Virus record (IMG/VR): IMGVR_UViG_3300050821_007134
Span: 96,001-160,000 of that record
Origin: a virus
Strand: one strand, 5' to 3'
DNA: 64,000 nucleotides
The notes beneath the pieces were generated by a model. The model saw nothing but the letters and a program-made list of their open reading frames with translations. It was not told the DNA's origin and did no database searches. This document shows, piece after piece, positions 6,593 to 17,331 of this stretch (positions are counted from its first letter, which is position 1; the number at the start of each line of letters is the position of its first letter). A program made the position numbers and the translations under genes.

Positions 6593-8444
6593 AACTTTCC
6601 TCTTCTTCAAGCGAATCTTCTACGAACATTTTTAACATATCCATAGCGTAAGGTCTAGGAGCAAAATAAGCTTTCACGGCGTTAGGATTAACTTCAGCCA
6701 TTAATTGCATCCATTGTAAGAAAAATGGATCTCTCTTGTATTTCAATAGTGGATCTACAATGGCAGCTGGGCTGTCCATAGTTTCGGCCTTAATTTCGGC
6801 CACATTCATATATTTGTCGGCGAGTAGCTGCCATCGTTCATTGAATGGAACTGCGCCGCCCATGTAAGTTCCAATTGGATCTTTATCCACTTGTTGGAGA
6901 ACTTCATCATAGGTCATGTGAGTCGGCATGTCTTGTTGTAGACGCTGAGACTCCTGTTCTTTACTTTGGGCATCCAATCCTGCAAGTCTGATTTCACAGA
7001 GTTTAGCGAGCAATGGATCTATTAAGGGTAAGAGCTTCTCATTTAAAAATGTTTGAAAGTGGAGTAGGAGAGGTCGTAAACCTGTATCGCGAGAAGCTGT
7101 GAGTTTAAATTCATTGTTACTTTCAGAGAGAGTTTGGGAATTTGTTCCACGGGATAAGTGGTTATAACCAGGCAATTCGTCGGGAGAAATGTTGAATGCT
7201 GATAAAATGTTTCGGCAAGTTTGGTCGTACATGTATTGGAAGTCGCCATCGTGCATCCCTTCACCGGTCATTGATAACCAGTCAACTTTATCGTCTTTAC
7301 CTACACCGAAGATAGGTGTTCTAAAAGAGTTACTTACTGAATTGATGGCAGCGTTGAACTGCAACTTGACGTTGTTGAGGACTGCTTCATCAACTTCGTC
7401 AGACTGTATGAGCAATAACCCTTTTGAGGCTCTGCCGTTTTGGAAATAGAGTTTTTCGTATGTGTCGATTGAAATGTGGGTCGTGATACACTGGATACAT
7501 GTATCAATAGGGCTAAGAGGATAGCCATTATGCTCAACGTCAGTAGACGGAAAAAGATTGGTAACAAGAAGCTCTTCATGGGTAAAGGCTTGTCTTGGGA
7601 GTCCGTCGATGACTTGGAGCCATGCATATTGATCTTCCTTTAACTTTCTCGAATCAATACTTGGTTTCTCACCAGACAATGCTTCGAGCATTTTGATAGC
7701 GACTTCTCGTAGGTTATTCCCTATGTATTCGCCCTTACGAACAGTTTTGTAAATTGTTCCGATATCAACTGGTCTGAAACGATTAAATTTGGGAACTTCA
7801 CCTGATCGGTCATAAATTATTTCTGTACCAAACCTACCAAAAGAAAGACCGTTTCTTGATTGAATATCTAAAAATTCTGCGATATTCATTTTATCTTGCT
7901 GCTCAAGACCTTCAGAATGTCCGCAAGACATTAAGATATTTTCAAGTTGTTTCATCTTGAATTCAACTTTTTCACGTTGTTCGGGGGTGAGTATTTTTTC
8001 GAGTTCGGCTTTTATGGCAATTTCAAGACCTGTGTCAAATCGATCTTTTCTTACATGGCCGTAAAGGCTGAGCATGTTACCACGAGCACGCAGGATCGCA
8101 GCGACCAAATGATCTTGAATACGGATTTGTTTAATTACATCGTCTGGTAGTAAACGTCTTTTGGATTTGAAAAGGCCTAAATAGTTCTCAGATGGGGCCG
8201 GATGTTCCGTAAACGCAAGACGTGGCGCTTTTTTCGTAGCTGACCCAGATGCTTCACTAAGAATGTACATCAAAGGAGACTTAGGATTAGCAGCCTCATA
8301 ACCAGCTTTTCTTAGCTGGGAGTCCGCATTCTGAGTAGTAGCGAAAAGAACTTTTTGTCCTTTAGTCACCGCATCAGTAATAGCGGCAGCGGCATTCATA
8401 GCCGCAGCTTGTTCTTCGTTGGTTGGTTTTTTCTCGTCTGCCAT
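6576..8444 (-). CDS. Portal protein
   Basis: 'GYPLSPID...YFQNGRASKGLL...ILSAFNISPDEL...GLRPLL...MTYDEV' pattern of phage portals; near the terminase. Confidence 0.85.
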   Translation of the reverse strand: MADEKKPTNEEQAAAMNAAAAITDAVTKGQKVLFATTQNADSQLRKAGYEAANPKSPLMYILSEASGSATKKAPRLAFTEHPAPSENYLGLFKSKRRLLPDDVIKQIRIQDHLVAAILRARGNMLSLYGHVRKDRFDTGLEIAIKAELEKILTPEQREKVEFKMKQLENILMSCGHSEGLEQQDKMNIAEFLDIQSRNGLSFGRFGTEIIYDRSGEVPKFNRFRPVDIGTIYKTVRKGEYIGNNLREVAIKMLEALSGEKPSIDSRKLKEDQYAWLQVIDGLPRQAFTHEELLVTNLFPSTDVEHNGYPLSPIDTCIQCITTHISIDTYEKLYFQNGRASKGLLLIQSDEVDEAVLNNVKLQFNAAINSVSNSFRTPIFGVGKDDKVDWLSMTGEGMHDGDFQYMYDQTCRNILSAFNISPDELPGYNHLSRGTNSQTLSESNNEFKLTASRDTGLRPLLLHFQTFLNEKLLPLIDPLLAKLCEIRLAGLDAQSKEQESQRLQQDMPTHMTYDEVLQQVDKDPIGTYMGGAVPFNERWQLLADKYMNVAEIKAETMDSPAAIVDPLLKYKRDPFFLQWMQLMAEVNPNAVKAYFAPRPYAMDMLKMFVEDSLEEEESYGSRL

Positions 8445-8445
8445 G

Positions 8446-9387
8446 TTATCCTACTAAAGCCATCCAAACATTAGCCGGGTTGATGCTATTGTTTTGGATC
8501 GACAAGGAATAAATCGTATCTGTTCGTACAAAGACGCCAGGAAGGGTCGAACTGTCTGAAACGAAAGGTCGAACGGTACCGGCTGCTACCCCGTTAATTA
8601 TCAGAGAACAGGGCTGATCGGCCTCTAAATAAATAAAAGAAAGCGCAGCTTCATATATGGCAACCTGAGTCATTATGTTAGATTCTTGTGGAAGGACCCC
8701 AGCGAAGAAAAATTCAAGAGAATTCGAATAAACTTGTGTGATCGCATAATTCCCGAAACTAGCTGGCGAGAATCCAGAACTGATATTCAGGGTATCGCCG
8801 ATTTGAACTCCTGCGGCACTAAAAACATCTACTTGACTTGCGAATCCGGTGCCTAAAGTGATGGGACCTTCCGATACGCCTTGGTCATTAATTACTGAAA
8901 TGCTAGTCGCCGTATGGGAAATAACTTGCCAAACACCTTGATTTAAGATATTGAAAAGATTACCAATTTTGACAGAATCGCCATCTGAAATTGAAGCAAA
9001 ATTAAATGGGGTTCCAGCCGTGGAAGCATAGGTCGATACGGGACCATTTTGGGTAACCGTAACTTGAGTCGTTGCGTCTGAACCGATTGCGCGATCCGCT
9101 CGGAATGCGGGAGCCGTTCCGCCTGTCCAGGAAAGTACATAAGTATTGGTACTTAGGGGCTTTAATGCAATACTGTATTGAGTTGTTCCATCTTGAGAAG
9201 TTGATCTGACCTTATTAAAGAGACTTTGAGACTCTCCAGGGGCTAGACTTAAGCTGTCACTTTCGGCATTATTAATTTGTAAACCATTGATATCTCTAGC
9301 CCATTTGAAGTTGGACATGCTTGGTGCATTGCTAGGATTTTGGTCAGAATAAGCGTTCAAAAAGAATAAAAGATTGAATGTTCGCAT
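8446..9387 (-). CDS. Putative virion structural protein (beta-rich)
   Basis: S/T/G/N-rich, in the head operon. Confidence 0.55.
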   Translation of the reverse strand: MRTFNLLFFLNAYSDQNPSNAPSMSNFKWARDINGLQINNAESDSLSLAPGESQSLFNKVRSTSQDGTTQYSIALKPLSTNTYVLSWTGGTAPAFRADRAIGSDATTQVTVTQNGPVSTYASTAGTPFNFASISDGDSVKIGNLFNILNQGVWQVISHTATSISVINDQGVSEGPITLGTGFASQVDVFSAAGVQIGDTLNISSGFSPASFGNYAITQVYSNSLEFFFAGVLPQESNIMTQVAIYEAALSFIYLEADQPCSLIINGVAAGTVRPFVSDSSTLPGVFVRTDTIYSLSIQNNSINPANVWMALVG

Positions 9388-9433
9388 TTAAAAATCCTCT
9401 GTACGGTGCAAGACTACATTAAGATTACTGGCA

Positions 9434-11284
9434 TCAGAAGGACCAGGAAAATCCGCCCTTCTTTCCAGTACCTCCAGAATGTTTACCGCCGCCTAGACGG
9501 TTGGCGATCTCATCCCTCATTTGTTGCTCGGCGGCTGGATTAGAGGATTTTTGGCCATTTTCTTCAGGAGTGACCATTTGTGGCTTTTGAGGACCCTTGA
9601 TTGGGAAAACGTTTTGGGCAACGTATCGCATGGCGTCAGATTGGTCGGCTACTCCTGGCGTGTCATCGGGCTCCAAAGTCGGGTTTCCGGCGGCATCCAG
9701 TTTAAAGTGATGTTTTACGAACGCTTCAACAATTCTCTTTGTGGCTTCGGTCAAAAGAACTTTAAGAAGTCTTCGTCCATAACCATCCAAAATCTTTGAT
9801 CGTAGAGCTTCTATGCCGCCCATAACGTCTTTTTTGAAGTCGGGGGATCTCATACCATTCCTGTTGAATGATTTGAGTGACGCGGGCATGGCAGTGTCAC
9901 AGAACCATTTATCGACGTTGTAGCGATCTCGGTACTTTTTGGCTATTTCCAACTGATCGGCGAATTCTAAGCCTGGGGAACTGAAACAGTCAACAATCCA
10001 GACTTCACCGTTTGGAATCATGGCAAAAATGACAATAACGAAATCATGCGTGTATCCCCAGTCAACTCCGGCGTAGAATCTAATACCGAGATTTCGCATG
10101 ACCAAAAGAAGTTCGTTTTCGGTAACTTTCTTTCTAAACTCACCCATGAGAGTTTCATAGGCTTTTTCTAAAGTGACCAGATTGCCATTGTTTATGGTTG
10201 ATTCGAAACGAGGATAAACTAAGCCCTTTGAAGATGGTTTCCAGCACATTAACTGTGCTTCTCCCATGTCGGGACTTGTTTTTTTGAAATTGTTTATGAT
10301 GACATCGATTGGCTTATATAGGCCGCCAGTATTCTTGTCTGGTCTGTGGGCAAGGCCCATTTTACAAACAGGCAATAACGCACAATTTTTACATCCAGAA
10401 TAAACTTGAGAGATTTTCTCATATTTTGGTTGTTCGACATCTTGCAAATTATTGTAATCGTCAACTGAGATTTGTTTTAATGGAAGAGATTTAGCAATAT
10501 ATCGGTCTTCTTTAGGGCCGTCTGGAAGATGTCTTTCTGGAGGGCATTTCTCGGCCACATCCACAATATTCCAGCGTAAGATAACATCCCCTGTGATCGG
10601 GGCCATATCAAGTTCTTTTTGCATTAAACCGAATGCGAATTTTCTTGTAGATAGTTTGATCGTAAGAGGGTAAATTCCTTTGGTATATCCAGGAATTAGC
10701 TTAGCTTCATCATAGGCCAATGGATCTTTAACAACGTCGATTTCATCAACGAATAAAAGAGATGTATGCTCTGAATTCGCACCCGATAATGTAGCAATAA
10801 CGATTTTGATGTAAACGTCTTCGCCGCCCGGAGTACGATATTCAACTTTGCTTTTATTTTGACTTCTATTAACCCATCCAGCGACATCGAGCAATGGTTG
10901 AATTTTATTGAAAAAATAGTTAATGTACTGGATTGACTTAGCAGATTGAGATTGAATGGCCGCCATGTGAGCTATGGTGACTTCAAAATGTAACATGAGT
11001 AGGGTTTCAAGGATGGAAGCCGAAAGAGTCTTAAATCCCTCGCGACAAGATAGCATGATAAAACCAGGAGTTTTATTTCCTGTGTTATCTTTGATCGTTT
11101 TGTATATGGTCCACATTGCATCAACAGGACTGCTGTTACTGTCGGCGTCAATGAATCCCACGGGCATATCGAGGCCGAAAAAAATCTTTATCCAAGACTT
11201 TAAATGGGCAGCACTTTCTAGAGGAGCAAATAGTTGCTCCGCCATTTCTTGCAGTTTTTCTGGTGTTTGCTCTCTAAAATTCAT
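9434..11284 (-). CDS. terL: Terminase large subunit
   Basis: Walker A-like SCREGFKT, Walker B LFVDEID, nuclease GVDWG and C-terminal DQSDAMRY. Start MNFREQ by ATGA coupling. Confidence 0.9.
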   Translation of the reverse strand: MNFREQTPEKLQEMAEQLFAPLESAAHLKSWIKIFFGLDMPVGFIDADSNSSPVDAMWTIYKTIKDNTGNKTPGFIMLSCREGFKTLSASILETLLMLHFEVTIAHMAAIQSQSAKSIQYINYFFNKIQPLLDVAGWVNRSQNKSKVEYRTPGGEDVYIKIVIATLSGANSEHTSLLFVDEIDVVKDPLAYDEAKLIPGYTKGIYPLTIKLSTRKFAFGLMQKELDMAPITGDVILRWNIVDVAEKCPPERHLPDGPKEDRYIAKSLPLKQISVDDYNNLQDVEQPKYEKISQVYSGCKNCALLPVCKMGLAHRPDKNTGGLYKPIDVIINNFKKTSPDMGEAQLMCWKPSSKGLVYPRFESTINNGNLVTLEKAYETLMGEFRKKVTENELLLVMRNLGIRFYAGVDWGYTHDFVIVIFAMIPNGEVWIVDCFSSPGLEFADQLEIAKKYRDRYNVDKWFCDTAMPASLKSFNRNGMRSPDFKKDVMGGIEALRSKILDGYGRRLLKVLLTEATKRIVEAFVKHHFKLDAAGNPTLEPDDTPGVADQSDAMRYVAQNVFPIKGPQKPQMVTPEENGQKSSNPAAEQQMRDEIANRLGGGKHSGGTGKKGGFSWSF

Positions 11285-11460
11285 GTGATCTTTTTCCAGG
11301 CTACCGTTATCAAATAAGAGATGCCTAACAAACAAAGATGTATGTGCAGTCCTTTTTGATAGCCGCTATGTCTTACGGAATGCTTCATTATGTGAATCAT
11401 TAAAATCGAATGGTCACCATGCATTTCGCAGGCTTCGATTTCAACTCCTAAGATGTTCAC
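11281..11460 (-). CDS. 59-aa hypothetical protein (not in the ORF track)
   Basis: GTG start MNILGVEIEACEM...WKKIT; overlap-coupled to both neighbours. Confidence 0.5.
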   Translation of the reverse strand: MNILGVEIEACEMHGDHSILMIHIMKHSVRHSGYQKGLHIHLCLLGISYLITVAWKKIT

Positions 11461-11972
11461 TCAGTTTCGCTTTTTGGCATCGTATCAACGACAGGCGTTT
11501 CTTTTTCCTTCAAGAAAATATTTACAAGCGATTGAGTGGCTGGAGCCGCTTCTTTAATTGCTTTGTGTCTATCGTTGTACAGCTTTAAAAGTTCGTCAGC
11601 ACTTGGCTGAGGAATGACTTCTTTTGAAAATGCACGTCTTTGAGTATGATTTGATACTTGCGCATTTCTGGCTATGATCTCATCTGGAGTCAGTTCCGTG
11701 GGTTTCTTTTTAAGGGGTTTTTCTCCCTGACTAAAACCAATGCTAGTTAAATCTAGTCCATTTTGAAGAGCATATTTTTTAAGCATGACAAGTGCTAAAT
11801 GAAGTTGTCTTATCTCTTCATTGGCCTTATCAAGTGCCGCCAAGGCATCATACAACTGAGCCTCGGTGTCCACGGGAGATTGCTCGACTAGATCGGATTC
11901 AGAAACTCCACTTAGACCTACACCTAGATCCAATTGATTCACATTCAATTCTTCTTCATGTTCGTCTGACAT
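11457..11972 (-). CDS. Hypothetical coiled-coil protein
   Basis: 171 aa, between groEL and terminase. Confidence 0.6.
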   Translation of the reverse strand: MSDEHEEELNVNQLDLGVGLSGVSESDLVEQSPVDTEAQLYDALAALDKANEEIRQLHLALVMLKKYALQNGLDLTSIGFSQGEKPLKKKPTELTPDEIIARNAQVSNHTQRRAFSKEVIPQPSADELLKLYNDRHKAIKEAAPATQSLVNIFLKEKETPVVDTMPKSETE

Positions 11973-13745
11973 TTAGGGCCTCTCATTCGCTTCGTTTACA
12001 TATTGATCGGCCTGTGATGTCGCTCGACCGAATTCAGCGTCAGCCTTGGCTTCAGATCTTTCGAACTGATCGTCCCTAGGATGGCATACGATGCCGCCGC
12101 AGGTTCCAAGGATGGTTGCGATACTTACCGCATTAGATAAAGATTCCTCCACAGCCTTCGTGGCGTCAAATAGGCCTAACTCCTCAGCTTTTCCGAATCG
12201 TTGATTTTCAATGTCGTAGACTTCGTCAGGACTTTCGATCAATTTCCTAATAACGGCTTCGGCTTCTTCCGGGATGTATCCGGAGTTATCCAGAAGCTTA
12301 TTCGGTAGCGAAAGGAGGGACGGCATGAGTACTTCCCTTGCCGGGTCTCCGGCCTCAAGCTCAGAATCCAGCTTAAGCGCCATGTCGATTGCGATTCGGC
12401 AGCCGCCTGGCAAAGCTCCATGTTTAATGGCGCTTCTGACTGCGCATACGGCGTCTTCGCATCTATCGTGAGCTTCTTTGAGTTCGCCATTTGAACCCCC
12501 ATAAATGGTTAATTTGGCAATACCGTTTGTAATTTTACCCAATCGTTCTTGAAGCCATATTCTATCGGCTTCGGATTCGGCACCTTCCATCATTTTGTTA
12601 AGTTCTTCTGCGCGCATTTCTACCAATGTAGTATCGGGGTTACCGATAACTGTGGATCGAAACCTGTAGCATTCAAAAGACTCTGAACCAACACCAAGTT
12701 GACCCATATGTCCATTCTGAACTGGGTCCTTCATACTGAACACTTTGGCCCCAGTAAAGGCGGCCAAATCATGTAAGAAGTGGAGTTGACTATTAGTGAA
12801 CTGATGCATTGGCGTAACCAGTGGAACAACATTCAATGTGTTTGGATTGTTCATGTTAAACGCCAATTGCGTCAGGACTGTTTCGCTAAAACCATGAGCA
12901 ACGATTACAATATTCTTGTAATCACTGTCACCTTCTTCAACGAACTTTTTTCCGCAGCTGTCTAAAAGGCCTTGGAAACCCATTAAATCATTTACATTAC
13001 CGTCATAAAGGATGTAGAGAGGTTTTTCTAAGTAGCATCTTTGGTTGGCTTGATCATTGATGAATGCTGTGTGAAATTTACCAATACTCTCTTCGTATCC
13101 CATAGGAATAGGAAACCCATCGATTCGCTCGACCTTATATCCGGATTTTCCGGAAAGTTCGCGAATTGTGACGTGGGAACTATCTCCATACCCTACTTCT
13201 TCAAATGCTTGGATAACGGCATTGGCCATATCAGTATCGCCATTGGCGCTGACAGTCGCAACCATCTTAAGCATTTCTTTATTATCTACGCCGACTTTAA
13301 TGCTACGAGAACGAATGTAAGGAACCAATAATTCTTTGGTTACTTTTGCAATTCGTCTAGCGGCTTTCTGAGGGCTGTATTTTGGATTCTTTTTACAGAA
13401 ATCAAATAAGTTAGCTATAATGTTATAAGAAAGGATGGTAGCCGTAGTGGTACCGTCTCCCGCTTCGGATGCGGTTCTCTTAGCGGCATCGCGAGCTTGC
13501 TCGGTGATCAAATGCTCATATGCATCGATTGCGCCTAGACTGTCAAAAACAGTAACGCCGTCTTTTGTATTTTTGTTGCCGATTCCAGGGAAATCACTTT
13601 CTATTAAAATATTCATGCCGCCGGGGCCAAGCGTTCTTCCAACGGCTTCTGAGACACGGTGCATCGTTTTAAGAATTTTATTCTGAAGTGTTTTTTTGTC
13701 GATCTCATAAACCTTAGGGGCCGACTTCGCTTTTCTATAAGACAT
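11973..13745 (-). CDS. groEL: Phage GroEL-like chaperonin
   Basis: TLGPGG, TKDGVTV, AGDGTTTAT, EDAVCAVRSA and PGG motifs. Start MSYRKAK behind a GGAGG SD. Confidence 0.93.
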   Translation of the reverse strand: MSYRKAKSAPKVYEIDKKTLQNKILKTMHRVSEAVGRTLGPGGMNILIESDFPGIGNKNTKDGVTVFDSLGAIDAYEHLITEQARDAAKRTASEAGDGTTTATILSYNIIANLFDFCKKNPKYSPQKAARRIAKVTKELLVPYIRSRSIKVGVDNKEMLKMVATVSANGDTDMANAVIQAFEEVGYGDSSHVTIRELSGKSGYKVERIDGFPIPMGYEESIGKFHTAFINDQANQRCYLEKPLYILYDGNVNDLMGFQGLLDSCGKKFVEEGDSDYKNIVIVAHGFSETVLTQLAFNMNNPNTLNVVPLVTPMHQFTNSQLHFLHDLAAFTGAKVFSMKDPVQNGHMGQLGVGSESFECYRFRSTVIGNPDTTLVEMRAEELNKMMEGAESEADRIWLQERLGKITNGIAKLTIYGGSNGELKEAHDRCEDAVCAVRSAIKHGALPGGCRIAIDMALKLDSELEAGDPAREVLMPSLLSLPNKLLDNSGYIPEEAEAVIRKLIESPDEVYDIENQRFGKAEELGLFDATKAVEESLSNAVSIATILGTCGGIVCHPRDDQFERSEAKADAEFGRATSQADQYVNEANERP

Positions 13746-13764
13746 CTTGTGTCCTCCTGTTTCT

Positions 13765-13802
13765 CGCTTTGTATATATCACAACTCCATGATATACAAAG
13801 CG
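13765..13802. promoter_or_regulatory. Divergent promoter region with a perfect 12-bp inverted repeat
   Basis: CGCTTTGTATAT (13765-13776) / ATATACAAAGCG (13791-13802); TGATATA on both strands. Confidence 0.65.
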
Positions 13803-13803
13803 T

Positions 13804-15351
13804 ATGGAATTAATTATTGAAAATCCCGTGAAGGCCGTCATTAAAGGGGCCGATGTACAAACCTTGATTGCTCTTAAAGAAGAGCTTACCTACGTTAATA
13901 CGGGGAATAAGCAACAACTTAAACGCCTGGTCCACAGTCAATGGGAGAAAAATAAAGATCCCGAGAAATGGGCTGCTGACATTGAATGGCTTAAGAACCA
14001 CATAACTAACGTCCTCATGTTTAAAGATCAACAAAATCAAGTATTTATACGTCCGGGTTCAATTTCATATTTAACACAATTTACAGATTACAATTTACAA
14101 ATTGTAAATCATGTGGAATATCCAACACCTAAGGCGGTGGCTTGGGCTCATAAGCTACCATTTGAATTACACGACTATCAACAAGAGAGTGTCGACAAGT
14201 TTATTGCGGTGCATCATGGCCATGTAGCACTTTGTACGGGGTCCGGAAAGAGCGCAATCATCCTAAAGTATTGTAGAGAGACAGGTTTTCGGACTGCCAT
14301 TGTAGCACCTTCATCTAGCATTTTTAACGAGCTTTATGACAAATTTGAACATCATTTAGGTCGAGTTCATACGGGCGGTTTCGGGGATGGTAAAAAGAAA
14401 CTGGACAAAAGATTTACAGTTTGCATTGGCGATAGTTTGGTCAATATAGAAGAGGGCAGCGAAGAATGGGAATTTTTCAGTAACCTCGATGCCATCGTTG
14501 TCGACGAAAGCCATACATGGGCCGCTGAAACTCTTGACAAACTTTGTCATGGCCTTTTCGCGAAAGTCCCGAATCGTATCTTCTTAAGTGGTACGCAGGT
14601 TCGCGGAGACGGCGCCGGTAAGCTCCTGGAGAGCATCATTGGCCCAAGGCAGGTAGAACTCACCACTGAAGAGGCTATCAGGAAGGGTTACATTTGTGAC
14701 CACGATTTCTCGATTGTAGAGCTTGAGTCAAGTAATCCCAGTTATCAAAATGCCGATATAATGAAAATGAAGCGCGTTCACTTCCTAAACAATAGAAATA
14801 TCGCGGCCTTTACGGCCAAGTTCGCAAATGTTATGGCAGCTCAAGGATTACAAACTCTTGTTTTAGTTCAAGAATTAAGTCAAATTGCAATGTTCATAAA
14901 GCTGCTTAGGCCGGAAACGACGTTTGCTTATGCGCATAGTCAAACATCCAAAAAGGAACTTTTAAAAATAGGTCTTGAGCCGGTCGACAAAGAAGACGCA
15001 GTTGAAAGATTTAATAAAAATGAGATCAAGGTCCTAATAGGAACAAGCTGTATCGCCACGGGAACCAATATATTCCCCATGAGACATACATTCAATTGGG
15101 TCGGAGGATCTTCCGAGATCAACGCGAAACAGGGGGCCGTAGGCCGCACAGTTCGCCTGTGGGAACATAACCCCTGGAAAGACAAATGCGTGAGACATAC
15201 CAAAAAGACGATCTGGGATTTCGATGTCTATGATATAGATGCATTAGGACACCAACTGGTTAAAAGAATTGAATATTATAGAGATTCTGGAACCGAAATC
15301 AAAAGGATCAATTTAAGTGGCAAAACAAAAGCGTCAGGAGAGGTTCGATGA
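13804..15351 (+). CDS. SF2 DNA helicase (UvsW/XPB-like)
   Basis: LHDYQ, CTGSGKS, VDESH, LSGT and QGAVGRTVR motifs. Confidence 0.9.
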   Translation: MELIIENPVKAVIKGADVQTLIALKEELTYVNTGNKQQLKRLVHSQWEKNKDPEKWAADIEWLKNHITNVLMFKDQQNQVFIRPGSISYLTQFTDYNLQIVNHVEYPTPKAVAWAHKLPFELHDYQQESVDKFIAVHHGHVALCTGSGKSAIILKYCRETGFRTAIVAPSSSIFNELYDKFEHHLGRVHTGGFGDGKKKLDKRFTVCIGDSLVNIEEGSEEWEFFSNLDAIVVDESHTWAAETLDKLCHGLFAKVPNRIFLSGTQVRGDGAGKLLESIIGPRQVELTTEEAIRKGYICDHDFSIVELESSNPSYQNADIMKMKRVHFLNNRNIAAFTAKFANVMAAQGLQTLVLVQELSQIAMFIKLLRPETTFAYAHSQTSKKELLKIGLEPVDKEDAVERFNKNEIKVLIGTSCIATGTNIFPMRHTFNWVGGSSEINAKQGAVGRTVRLWEHNPWKDKCVRHTKKTIWDFDVYDIDALGHQLVKRIEYYRDSGTEIKRINLSGKTKASGEVR

Positions 15352-16351
15352 TTCCTTCTATAAATTAGCCGCTGAGGTTACCCGATCGCTTGAAAAAAAC
15401 AAGCTTGACGGTACTATCCAAGAACAGCAAGTAGAAGAGCTTTTAGATGCCGAATTAAAATTCAAAGAAGACATCCTAAGATACCGACAATCCTCAAAAA
15501 TTTACGTAAAATTCCTAAATAAGATCTGTGAAACTAACCGAAATATTTTATCCGCAAGGCCCTATTTTCGGGAAACTGCGCCCACATTTTCCAAAAAAAT
15601 CACTCCGGCCATTAAAACAAAAGATATCACAATTCTCAAGACTTTTAATATAAATTATCAATTTATTAAGTTCATCAGAGAAAATTGGCTTGGTCCATTC
15701 CCTAAGAGAGCCCAGGAACTTTATGAAAGGGTTTTCACAGCCCGAACCAAGTTGATTGAAAATAACATGCCTTTGGCGATAAACCGCGCAAAGTTGTTCT
15801 ATCGTAAGACTCCAAAAAGTCATCTGACTTTGATGGACTTTATCGGAATCTGTTCCATGGGTCTGGCCGCTGGTATCGATAAATGGTGCGGCAAATATTC
15901 TCCGGTCTTCCGTTCCGTGTGTATTGGTCGCATGGTTGGAAATATGATTGACAGTTATAGCGAAACGATGTTACATTTCTACCCATCAGACAAAAGGGTG
16001 CTCTATAAAGCCCACACAATTCGAGGCCGAAAAGGAATAGAAAAGATTGACAATTTAACTACTGCGGTCAATAATGCCTTCAAACAGGATCAAATTGACG
16101 GTAAAACAATTCCGAAAGATGAAATTAACGTGAGCGAACTTAGCGCCCTTATGAATGCAGCCAGTACAGTGTCAGCGGACGCAACAGTTAACGACGAAGG
16201 TTATGGTGTTTATGCATATACGGAAGATACGACTCAAGACACGGAAGCGTCCTACATTAAAAAAGAAGCTACTGAGAGGATGCTCCACTGTGCGAAAGAT
16301 CTTCCAATCCTTCATAAAAAAGTTCTTAGGCTAAAAGGCGTTAAGATATGA
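15317..16351 (+). CDS. sigma70-family sigma factor lacking region 4.2
   Basis: Region 2 'ARTKLIENNMPLAINRAK...MDFIGICSMGLAAGIDKW'; region 3.2/4.1 'EDTT...LPILHKKVLRL', then stop. Confidence 0.8.
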   Translation: MAKQKRQERFDDSFYKLAAEVTRSLEKNKLDGTIQEQQVEELLDAELKFKEDILRYRQSSKIYVKFLNKICETNRNILSARPYFRETAPTFSKKITPAIKTKDITILKTFNINYQFIKFIRENWLGPFPKRAQELYERVFTARTKLIENNMPLAINRAKLFYRKTPKSHLTLMDFIGICSMGLAAGIDKWCGKYSPVFRSVCIGRMVGNMIDSYSETMLHFYPSDKRVLYKAHTIRGRKGIEKIDNLTTAVNNAFKQDQIDGKTIPKDEINVSELSALMNAASTVSADATVNDEGYGVYAYTEDTTQDTEASYIKKEATERMLHCAKDLPILHKKVLRLKGVKI

Positions 16352-16689
16352 AGTTCCGAAAGAAACCAGTTGTCATAGAAGCCTTTCAATGGTTCATGAA
16401 TGGTGATCATCCTGAAGATGATGTTTTTAGACCGTTCGAAGATACCGGCGTAGTTCCAAAGGCACCAAGAGAAGGTAAAATTGTTAGATACTTTAGACAT
16501 CCTGATATGCCTGGCAATGTAGTCTGCGGAAACTGTGAACAGACCATGCACTTTCATGGCTGGATTGATACACTTGAAGGCGGACACAATGTATGCCCAG
16601 GTGATTGGATTATTACCGGAGTCAAGGGCGAACGATATCCCTGCAAACCGGACATTTTTGAAATGACTTATGAAAGGGTAGAAGAATGA
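16348..16689 (+). CDS. PGDYG-like phage protein with CxxC/H insertion
   Basis: 'KFRKKPVVIEAFQW...TLEG...PGDWII.GVKGE.YPCKPDIF..TYE'. Confidence 0.75.
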   Translation: MKFRKKPVVIEAFQWFMNGDHPEDDVFRPFEDTGVVPKAPREGKIVRYFRHPDMPGNVVCGNCEQTMHFHGWIDTLEGGHNVCPGDWIITGVKGERYPCKPDIFEMTYERVEE

Positions 16690-17093
16690 GCGACAAAGAT
16701 TTGGCCGGTAATGGGCCTGAATATCAAATGGATAAAAAAGATACACCAGAAAAAGGATCATACGACAGATATGTAGCTCCTCCGTTTTCTATCAACAACA
16801 AATTCATAGTGGAAGCCTACAATAGCGATAGAGCCCTAAAATCTGTTGAACGCAATGGTTTTGCTATGGTCTCTCAGAAAGTTATGGTCGTTGGCCTTAA
16901 GCTTCTTCTAGATGCGGTCATTAAAGATTATTCGGAGACTTCTCGTTTGGTCCCAAAGGGATCTTTGATCTATGTTAAAGAAGAACTTTTACATACCAAT
17001 CCTGGAATCAAAAGAATATTTGAAAGTGATGCCGTTGAAGGCAAATTTAACATCCTAGAAATGTCTTGGGTTGAATTCGTGGTGCCGCGATGA
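16686..17093 (+). CDS. Hypothetical protein
   Basis: 135-aa coupled ORF. Confidence 0.6.
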   Translation: MSDKDLAGNGPEYQMDKKDTPEKGSYDRYVAPPFSINNKFIVEAYNSDRALKSVERNGFAMVSQKVMVVGLKLLLDAVIKDYSETSRLVPKGSLIYVKEELLHTNPGIKRIFESDAVEGKFNILEMSWVEFVVPR

Positions 17094-17331
17094 AAAACTT
17101 AGCGCCGACAATTACAAAAAATAAGCCATATAGAGAGTATGATTTTGCCGATGCCAATGGCAAGACTTTATCCGGTTTCAAAAAAGGCAAACTTGTTTAT
17201 GCCGTTTTGGTTCCATATAAAGGAAAAGGAACTCCTAAAGTTATACTTCATGAAGCCCTTCTTATGGGCGAAGAAGCTTCCTTTGGGTATGGCGGAGGCA
17301 AAGCCTGGGTTTTAAAGCCTAAGAGCAAAAG

